Source: Salisapilia sapeloensis CBS 127946
Taxonomy: Eukaryota > Protista > Oomycota
Length of the DNA: 44,527 nucleotides
NCBI GenBank assembly: GCA_023334545.1
Contig: JAADVB010000157.1
Location: forward strand, 1-44,527
Direction: 5' to 3'
The translations under genes were made by a program, and so were the position numbers. The notes under the pieces are model-generated. The model did not search any database and was not told the DNA's origin. It was given only the letters and a program-made list of their open reading frames with translations. Positions 25,441 to 35,000 of this stretch are shown here, one piece after another. Position 1 is the first letter of the stretch. Every line of letters starts with the position of its first letter.

Positions 25441-27819
25441 CTAGGTACGCATCGCAGTGTATCCTGCTCGAGGACTCTTGTCGTCTTCGTCTCCGGATGG
25501 AACGTCTTCGCCAGGTGACTCAGTGATGGCGATATGTTGTTCTTCCTTCTGCACCCACTTTTCCAATCCACAGGCCTTCAAGTCCGCTTCACTGGATGGA
25601 AGCGTGTCGTTCAGTGCTGCAACGTCGATGTGCATGCCGTCGGCTGCGAGACGGATGTTATCGACAAACTGTCGTCCGATGATCATATCAGACGGAGAGT
25701 ATGATTTCCGAGCGTACATGTCGTCGCAGATTACGCTGTCGATGCCAGAGAAGAGGACGACAAAGTAGAGACGACCAGACAGAATGTCCTCGGTACTCAA
25801 GTCGTACAATGGCGAGTCTTCATCGATCAAGTGCATGACAGTCGTACCAAGCTGAACGATCGGCCAGACGTTGCGCACAAGCCTCAGCTCATGCGTCTCG
25901 CGACGTCGCGTGCGTTTGTTGTAGATTACGACGCTCAGTCGGAAGGATCCTTCCACCAGTTTCCCATAACTCCGGTTGTTTGCTGCTCTGAACATGACTG
26001 CACGTCGCCGGTGAAAACCGGATAAGAGGAGCTTGTCACTAAACTGCAGTGTGTAAGGTCGAGGTTTCGAGAACTTGGACCATGCGAGACCTGGGAGGAA
26101 GGTCGAGATGATGGTACCTGCGACAATGAGGACGACGACGTAAAAGTTGACAAAGTCGCCGTTCGGGTACGGACTAAAGTCTCCGTATCCAATGGTCGAG
26201 ATGGTTTGGACGACCCAGAAGAATTCCATAAGGAAATCACTGTCGATCACTGTCTTCACGGGTTTGTTCACGACAGTGACGGGCACAGCATACGCGATCA
26301 AGGCAAAGATAAATAGAGCAGCAACGTATACAACTGTGATGATGACTAGAAGCGTCAGCCAAGATGATTCAAGCGCACGATAGTACAAGCCGTTGTCAAA
26401 GAGATGGAAACCAGTGCGCTTGAACCGCACTTTCGTGCCTCCATATGCCAACGGAGCATGCTGTTTGTCGTTGGCTGTTGCATGACTGTCCTCTTGCTTT
26501 TGCAATGGAGGCCGAGCATCGCAATTATCCTGCGCTTTGTTCACTTGACGCTGTGTGTCATCCGTTCGTGCCTTTTCGATCTCACTTGTGAGATAGTTAG
26601 TATTCTCTGGACGCGTGCCGTTCTCCGCAGGCATATCCGAGTCGGTATCCGTGTCTGTTTCCGTCGAGTCTTCTCCATTCTCAGCTCCGAGAAGGTTCCA
26701 GAATGGCCATTTCGTACTTTCACCACTATCATTCTGGTTATCAGGTGAGTCTTGCACGTCTGTCGCATAGTCATCACTATCCAGTGGCGCATCCGACACG
26801 GCGGAAACCTTGCTGAAGTCCATGATAGCACACTCCTTGCGACTATCCCACGAGACGGCAGGTTTAAATCGACATCCCCACCGCATTTCATCGACGCCGT
26901 ACTCTTTCTGCTGGTAAACAGTGTCGCTGATGTTGGCATCCAGACCGGAGACCATGAGAATGAGCACAAAGTCCGACTCGAGCACTTGTTCCTGCGTCAT
27001 GCCGTAAAAAGGACTTGTGCGAGTTACTCGATGGATGACTTCTCCGTCCAGACGCAAGCAAATGAACTTGGATGACTGGAGTTTTAGATTGTAGTAACAT
27101 AACTTACTCTCTCCATGCTTGGTCTTTTCAATACGCATTAAAATCACTTTCATATTCACGTCCAAAAGCTCATCTTGATCCACTTGCTTTCGCTCCGTGC
27201 TGTTCACCACTCGAAAGCGTAGCTCTAGCGCGCCGTCGAAAGACTTGGAAACCGTGAACACATCGCTGAACATGATATTCGCATGTGGGCGAGCGAATTT
27301 GGCAAAGGCGAGACCGGTGATGAATGACATGAGGATCATGCTGACCCACGACTCGAGCGTGGAAACCCAGTTGGAACAGACGTCATCCGGGAAGACAGTG
27401 CCGTAGCCGATCGTGGACATCGTTTGGAACGACAAGTTGATGTAAAACCGCGCCGAGGTTCCTTCACCAGGCGAATCACGGTGGCATGCATTATAGAAGG
27501 CAGCAAAGAGAAGGACGATGGTACAGTAGACAGCAATCAGGACAATAATAAAGAGCGGCCAGCTGAGGATTATCAACTGGTACAGCGGCCCACCACCAAA
27601 GATCCGATTAAAAAACCCTCCACGGTATTTCTCCGTCTGTAGCCCTGGCGATAGCAGTCGCTGCTTACTCTTGACCGCTTCGCCATCAATCTCCGTGCCT
27701 TGCCATACTTTCAATTCACAAATCCCACTACTGTCATCCCAATCGACACAAGGACAAGTTCTTTTCGTCTCGGTCATGTCCTTCAGATGTCCCATGACAC
27801 TCTTTCGATTCGGTGCCAT
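25441..27819 (-). CDS. Inward-rectifier K+ channel with two complete Kir modules in one chain, intronless
   Basis: Two 2-TM pore modules with filters QTMSTIGYG (27400-27414) and QTISTIGYG (26182-26196). Each is followed by AKFARP/SKFSKP and a Kir cytoplasmic domain (HRVTRTSPFYG..., HLIDEDSPLY...). Probable start ATG at 27819. Confidence 0.92.
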   Translation of the reverse strand: MAPNRKSVMGHLKDMTETKRTCPCVDWDDSSGICELKVWQGTEIDGEAVKSKQRLLSPGLQTEKYRGGFFNRIFGGGPLYQLIILSWPLFIIVLIAVYCTIVLLFAAFYNACHRDSPGEGTSARFYINLSFQTMSTIGYGTVFPDDVCSNWVSTLESWVSMILMSFITGLAFAKFARPHANIMFSDVFTVSKSFDGALELRFRVVNSTERKQVDQDELLDVNMKVILMRIEKTKHGESKLCYYNLKLQSSKFICLRLDGEVIHRVTRTSPFYGMTQEQVLESDFVLILMVSGLDANISDTVYQQKEYGVDEMRWGCRFKPAVSWDSRKECAIMDFSKVSAVSDAPLDSDDYATDVQDSPDNQNDSGESTKWPFWNLLGAENGEDSTETDTDTDSDMPAENGTRPENTNYLTSEIEKARTDDTQRQVNKAQDNCDARPPLQKQEDSHATANDKQHAPLAYGGTKVRFKRTGFHLFDNGLYYRALESSWLTLLVIITVVYVAALFIFALIAYAVPVTVVNKPVKTVIDSDFLMEFFWVVQTISTIGYGDFSPYPNGDFVNFYVVVLIVAGTIISTFLPGLAWSKFSKPRPYTLQFSDKLLLSGFHRRRAVMFRAANNRSYGKLVEGSFRLSVVIYNKRTRRRETHELRLVRNVWPIVQLGTTVMHLIDEDSPLYDLSTEDILSGRLYFVVLFSGIDSVICDDMYARKSYSPSDMIIGRQFVDNIRLAADGMHIDVAALNDTLPSSEADLKACGLEKWVQKEEQHIAITESPGEDVPSGDEDDKSPRAGYTAMRT

Positions 27820-27834
27820 CTTGCGTCCTATGTG

Positions 27835-27852
27835 GTAAATGGAGAAATGAAG
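27835..27852 (-). promoter_or_regulatory. Oomycete-type initiator + flanking promoter region (Inr-FPR) motif upstream of the Kir gene
   Basis: The minus strand reads CTTCATTTCTCCATTTAC, matching the TCATTYBNNNWTTY core known from oomycete promoters, about 16 nt upstream of the ATG at 27819. The motif is short, so a chance match is possible. Confidence 0.45.
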
Positions 27853-27985
27853 ATGTCTCGATCCAACCGAACAAGATAGAAGATAGTTCAAAATTTATCA
27901 TCTGGCACTCTATATCGGAAAAATTCATCCAAAGTTTCCGTTTCGGTGGTCGAAATCATCTATTTCCCCTAGATTACCACGTCGC

Positions 27986-28885
27986 CTAGGGCCAAAGCGC
28001 TCGACGGGTCTTGGCAACGACGGGAACAACGTACCCTGTGATACCTAACGTAACGGGATAGAAGGAGGAGGAGAAGACAACTGCAGCAGCCCAGGTGCCT
28101 AAAGCGGATCCGATCTCTTCGACGCCGATTTTGGCTAGAATCGGATTTAAATCCACGCCTTGTGTGATGAGAAAGTAGAGACCAGAGACAACGGTGACGC
28201 CTGCGAGGCGAGAGCCCATCATATACGCGGCTCCGTATCGGTCAATGACATCTCGAACGAGGTTTAAGCCACGGCCGAATAGACTAGTTTCGGATGATTT
28301 AGGTGGATTCGGAGGTTGAGAGAATCTACATAAAGTAGGAAGTAAGCATCATATCGATCTGTAATTGGAAAATGAAAACTGTACGAGGGGATGGCGCCTG
28401 TGAGCTCCGATAGACGGACTTGTTGGAATGCTGGGAAGACTTTCGCGACTCCTGCTGCAAACGCAATGTCCATGGGTAGTCGGAATCGACGAAAGGGACG
28501 ACTGGCAGCGAATGCCAAAGCGAATTCAGGTGAAAACTCCACGCCTAATGCCAGCATGAGTTTATAATCGACAAAGGGTACTTCTAGAGTAATAAAGTAT
28601 ACCTGAAAGCGTGATGAGTCCATACATGGCACCCACACCGACCATATCGGATGCAAAGAGCACTCCTAGCGTTTCTCCTGGATGCCGACGAATCGCAGTG
28701 TTCATCCGATGCACCACCGCATCCAAAAAGGGCTTTTCGCTTGCATCAGATTTATCACTACTCTCGTTCTCCGGTGGTGGACCCGCGGTACTCATTGCCT
28801 GCACCCATGTGCGGCTGCCTCCAGCATGTCGAAGTATCGATGCACTCGCAAACGAGCGCGGTCGAAGAGTGCTCACGGCCAGCAT
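27986..28885 (-). CDS. FAM210/DUF1279-like membrane protein with a probable mitochondrial presequence, 3 exons
   Basis: Inferred exons 28885-28603, 28544-28385, 28325-27986, which join in frame. The N-terminus is Arg/Ser-rich with no acidic residues. The C-terminal DRYGAAY...LYFLITQGVDL..IL...YP...T..VVPVVAK pattern resembles DUF1279. Confidence 0.6.
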
Positions 28886-29071
28886 CCTTCTGGTCGATTC
28901 AATGACTCAGAAGAGGGTGGACGCCTAAATCTACCCTTCACTTAGCGTCACAAATGATAGTAACAATCCTCCCTGATAAACGTACCCTTTACGCACTTCA
29001 AGTAGAACAGATTACACTTGTCTAGAGTATGCATCATCGCATCAGTTCTTAATTTGCTCATCTCAAGCGCA

Positions 29072-32000
29072 ATGGCCGGCCGACGGAGCAGCTTTGGCTC
29101 GCGGCAGTCGTTGCCACTCCAACCAGACAAGCTGAGTGAGCTACATCCATCCGATAGTATCTTCATGAGCCAGCAAGAGTCCCCGATGCGACCACCACCA
29201 GCGAGTGCGCCACATGCAAGTGGAAGTGGTCGCTTTCGACCGACGACACCAGTCGAGGAATACGTGTCCAAGTACATGGTTGTGAAGCACTCGTGGCGTG
29301 GCAAGTATGAACGCATCTTTGCAGTCGGTCCTACTAGATTCAGTACGATTGACCCGAAGGACTTTGAAGTGACGAATACATGGGCATTAACAGCTCTTTC
29401 GAACGTACAGGTCGATCCCGAATCGGATGATTTTTTCATCCTGTCCATTAAGGGTCCGAAGAAAGAGGAGCAACTACGTCTACGTTGTTCCTACAGAGCT
29501 CAACTCTTGTCAGATCTATATAACCAACAGAATACGTTTGCACGAGCTAGTACTGGTTTCACATCGACCCATCGATCGCGTTATGATGTCCGCAAATGGT
29601 CTCATCGACCGGAAGCTGCTAGTCAAGATGAAGCAGAACACGATAGTGATAGGAACGAAGTTCGCAGTCCGTTTATCATGGAAATAGCATCCGATGCTCT
29701 GCTCCTGCTGACACCAGAGGGTGTCCAGCGCTCTCGCTTTCCATACATCAGCATGGACCACTTGTCTGCTGCGAACGACGATGACGATGCGTTTATTCTT
29801 GGCCTCCAAGGTCGAGATCGTGTCTTTTTCTGCCATCAACGCAGCCAGCTACTTACGAAAGCTCAGCAAGCCGCCAAGCAGCTCGACCTTACTCTAAGTA
29901 GCAAGCGTCCGACTAGCTTGACGCAGACAATGATCCAGCGTAAAGAGTACGGTAAGGATGTAGGCTCAGCGTTGTGTCAATTCACCGTCCAGAAGAAGGC
30001 ACCATCGAAGCAAAAGGAGCCTCTCGATCGAGTCCTATCGATTCACGAAAAGTACTTTGTAGAGCATGACATGGAGGACAATGTCGTTTCATGCCTGTCG
30101 TATGCAGACATCCACGTCATCACGTTTTATCCCAACCGTTCAGAAAAGTTCGGTATTGAATTTGCAGGTGGAAGGAGGAAAGTATACATGTCTTCAAAGC
30201 GAGATGACATACTCGCCGACTTGTACGATCGTTGTATCACAGGCAAAGAGAACTCCGACATTTTAATCATGCCTTTTACGAATGTACGTGGTCTACGTCT
30301 GCTGCCATTTGACGCACAAGAAGATACGAATGCCTCCCACGAGTTCTTTGACGATCAATCCATGAGCTCCTTCTTCCTCCAGCGTCTGCACTCCATCCAT
30401 CGACCTGGTAGTGGTCGTAATGCGGAAGATAAAGGGTTCATTGACATTGCAGAAGAGTTCAATGCAAATGTTTCTCCCAGCGGCATCCCGTATAATTCGT
30501 CTCAGAGCGTTGTACAGGATGCTTTGCGAGCTATTGGACCACAGCTATACTACGTTTCCAAGACGCAACCAGTCTCGACAAGAAGTGCATGTGCTTTACT
30601 ACAGACCTTGTACCGCATCGCTCCGTCCTTTTACGGTTTCCAACAGATCGCTCAAGTTGCACATATGGGTGATTCGATCTCCAAGTTGCTCGTGAGTAAA
30701 GACCCATTCGTCATCTTCTGGACAACGTTATTACTCCAACGATTGTTCTCCCATGCACCTTTTGCATCCCACAAGCTGGATGGACACATGCAGAAGCAAT
30801 GTCTTGATGCCGAGAGACGGAACAAGGCTGCTTTGCTCGGAAATACAGTCCTTCTCGAAGCACTTGTGTCGAATCTGAAGCACATCGAGTCTAAATCAAT
30901 GCATTCATTGATCGTCATGGGTGTTATCATGGTGCTAGAGACGACAGTAGGGTCTAGTCGAGACACAACTCGAGCGACTGAAGCCAAGAGCGTCGTAAGT
31001 AGCGTCGTACGATGCTACAAGTCTCTCTTAACAGTACTTCTGGAATCCCATTGCAGTACAACAGTCGAAGCATGTGTCCTCCTGCTGAAAGCGACATTAG
31101 AAGAATGTGATCTAGATGTTGCGAATCGTATGCGCGACACGGTGTTGGACGAAGGGATTGCGTTAACGTATTTGTACGAAGCGATCACCCACCCTTCATT
31201 TGACCAACGTCGTGTCAGTCGGCATTTGACAGCTCTTTGGATGAGTCACCACGATCCGTCCAAGCAACTCTTATCACGTATCCTTCCTAAGGCCTTCCTC
31301 TCTTTCCTAGATGAACCTCTACTCTCAACGGAAGAGCAAGAGCAGATGGACGAGATGGAACAACGACAAGTCTTTAGCACGAATTCGAGTGTCCAAGAAA
31401 GTCGACAAGCATCGTCTCTATCATCTTCCGTTACTTCTGCACAGGTGAATGATGTCACAGGGGAACATAGTGCAGGTCCAAGCTCTTTCGATAGTTCCGA
31501 ACGGGTGCAATCGATGACAAGCTCCGATCACATGCGCTTGCAAGAGAACAAGTCATTTGCAGGTGAAAGTATCAGCTCTTCGTCTCGGAAACTCCAAAAA
31601 TCCGTGTCAGCATTGCCGCCTGCCACTTCTCCACCTAGCTTGATGCCACGTGCTTCGTCAGCAGGAGCTGCACGCCGTGGCGTGTTATCGAAAGAGTCGA
31701 GTGCGAGACTAGTACAGCGTCTACAGAGCTCAGACAGGAGCATAGACGCTACTCCAGCTCCTGCTAGTACCCACGCGATGGACAGTGGTAGGGTGAAGAG
31801 TCGTACTAGTCTCGACCAGTCTCCTCGTAAGCGTATGAACGTATCTAAGATCGTGCAAGACGCCGTCGATAAGATGCTTCCAGAGAAACATTCTCATTCC
31901 GTAACTTCCATCGATAAGGAGATGGAAAAAAGTACGCTTGAACGTCGTGAAGCAGAGAACTTTAACCTCTTGTTCTACATGCTTAGTCAAGATCATTATC

Positions 32001-35000
32001 AAGTGGAACTTATATGGAACGAATCGTGTCGAGAGGAATTAAAGAAGGCACTTGCAACTCAAGTTGAAAGCATCGGACGGTTACAAGAGAAGCAAGGGAC
32101 GAATCGTATTCGTTGGAATCATGAAGACTTTCGTATCGACTACGATAGTTTACATGATGAAGTCGTTGTCGATGGGTGTTACCTAGATGTCCTATGTGCT
32201 CTGCCGAACGAACACTTTGAAGACGTGCAAGAAGATAAGTTCATTGCTCTATCTCCAGATGACGTTCGGATGAAGTTTCCTGAGGGTGTTATAAGGTCGC
32301 TGTACCAACGTCTATTACGTGAATCCATTCGAGCAGAGTACTTTAACGATATCCAACTCTCACACAAGTGTGTTCGAGGCATGATGATCGTAGCAGCTGC
32401 ATACGCTAAAGACAATGGCGTATCAAGTATGCAGTTTAATGACTTGGACTATCTACTGCAGATGATAACAGAGACTAAGCATAACGACTTGGTCGCGAGT
32501 CTCACGCACTTGCTGCGTGCCCTCTGCATGTCAGATATCAATGCTAGGAACGTACTTGTTCATAAAAAGAACGTAGATATCATCCTCCAGCTCTTGCGCA
32601 TGGTGCATGCCTCTTCTAACGTAGATGTCGATGGAGATGATCAAGGCGAACGTGTATGGATCGTGACGAAAGCCGACGGAGAATCAGAGCTGATGAATGT
32701 TGGTGAGGTGAAGCAATTGTGTGCGAGTGCATGGGATGTCGCGGCTGTACCTGTCCAAAAGGCAGAAGTGAAATGCTGTGAACCATGTACAGACGAGTGG
32801 AAGGTGTCTGAGTGTCTACAGTTACGATGGCAGATCATGACACAAGGAACGTTGGACATGACGCAAGTGTCTCATGACGCAGCCTCTCTCCTTCTAGACG
32901 TCGCACACAGTACAGTTCGTAACACGGAAATGTCTCCTTATCCTGCTCCAGTAGCACTCGAAGCGTTATGGTCCAAGGCCAGGGAGCTCGTTTCTCTACT
33001 AGCAGAACATCGTACGCCAGAGTTACGACATAAAGTCTTGAAACTACTCGAGTTCATGTACTCGAGTCGTTGGGACTTTTCCTTACGTGATGAGAACGCA
33101 GACGCTTGCATCAGTCGGAAAGCCATGTACAAGAATGGACTATTTTACTTGCTGTTTGTCGGGGAGGAAATTGATGCAGAGACGACTGCAGCGTTGCTAA
33201 AGGCGACGCATCTCGGGCAAGATGGAAAAGAGGAAGACAGTGCTTTAACAGCTATACTCCCTGACGCCATGATCAGTCACTTAACAACGTCGTCGGCAGA
33301 GACGTTTGCTGCTACGTTTGGAGGCAGCGTCGAGACGCCGCATGTGGTTTGGAATCAAGACATGCGTCGACATGTACGTGATAGCTGTCTGGCGCATATG
33401 CAGGACTACATGTCGTGTCTAACGCAGGACACTACAAGCCACTGGCAATTCGTTCCCATGGCTCCTGTACGATACCCAGAGCTCGATGACGATATCTGGT
33501 GCAATGGCGTGTACCTGCAGCAGTTTTGTTTGAGTCTAGAGACGGTTATTGAGGATCCAATAATCTTTATGCATGCACTGACAGATCTCTGGGAGAAAGA
33601 GACGACGCGTGCACCGTGTCCATACGATGATCTAGACATTGCTGCGGATATTCTAGACGTTTCTCCTAGGACTGCATCCTCTAGTAATGACGATAATGCT
33701 GCTGTCGTACGTGATGGATTTAAACGCATGGCACGACAAGTCCTTTTGAATCATGCAGATGAATTGGAGTACCGGATCCGGATGAAGGAATTGTATGCTG
33801 CCTATGATCGCATGACCTGTCCTCGTCCGACGTTGTTGTCTGCCGGGCATGACCCGACAAACCTTCGTCTCATCCTCCAAGCGCTTGTCATCATGTGCAA
33901 ACGCTACGGAACTGACCTGAAGTCCTATGTCTTCCCGAGTTACGCAGCCTTGCTGTCTCTACTGCTAACGCACTGCTCGGCAGAAGGCTCTCCCACTGTC
34001 GAAACGACGGAGCAGCAGCGTGCAGATATCTCAGAGCATGCAGCCGAGTTACTCTACTTGACATGCAGCGTGAATCAAGACAATGAGCAGTTGCTTCTCG
34101 AGTTCCCAGACGTCCGTAGTCTAGAAAAGGTACTTAACTACTGTGTCGATGCGCTTGTTGATGGAGATGGCACCTCTATGCATGAACATGTCTCGCTGCA
34201 TCTACTCCCTACTATCACTGGTCTCCTCGCCTTGCAGGAAGGAAGGAAATGGGCTGCTCAATCGCCTACGCTCATCGTCGACATGATGCGCATCTTGTGG
34301 CTATGGAACCACACGTCTAAGCAATCACTTTTCCTATCCAAGATTACACAACAAGTCCTCGAAGCGATGGCCTATCTATCTCTATCAAGGGTGAATCAGA
34401 ACGTTATGTGTGCCAAGGGAGCAGTATGGCAGCTTCTATTACTCTTCTCAGAGTATAATGTCGAGATGGATCCTCGTGCTACGGAGGAACGCGTTCAGGA
34501 AGTAAATATCCCGTCAGAAGACTTTGATGAGATGCGTCCTGAGATACAAAACTACCTTGCTATCCTAGCTGTCAAAGCATTGTGTAGAATCACTGGTGTA
34601 GCTGAAAAGTCTGAGGTCCAACCACCTCGAAACCTAGCGCTTAAGGCAGCACTAGACGCTCTTTTGACGCCGAATCTTGCGAATCTGCTGACAGTAAGCG
34701 ACTATCACGAGTATCTAAAGCTGTATCATGGTGACTGCGAGTCGTATACATTGTACTGGAACGCTTCGATGCGAGAAGAGTTGCTCGCGTACGTTCGTCC
34801 ACGTGGCGATGAGCAGCCGAGTGCTGAGATGGAGGAAAGTCTTCAAGACATTGTCGACTTCCGATTTGAATACCTTGGCAACGTCGTGACGATCGGTGGG
34901 CTCTACCTTGAGACACTTATCTCGAGCTTTGAAGTGATTCGAGACACGAGAGAGTGGGTTCCTCCAGAGGAACTTGGGATCCCAAATTCGTTCTTCACAC

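Noticed and set aside
29018-29071. Upstream non-ATG start for RME-8 that looks like a signal peptide
   Set aside because: It begins at a non-ATG codon; the first in-frame ATG is 29072, and RME-8 is cytosolic.
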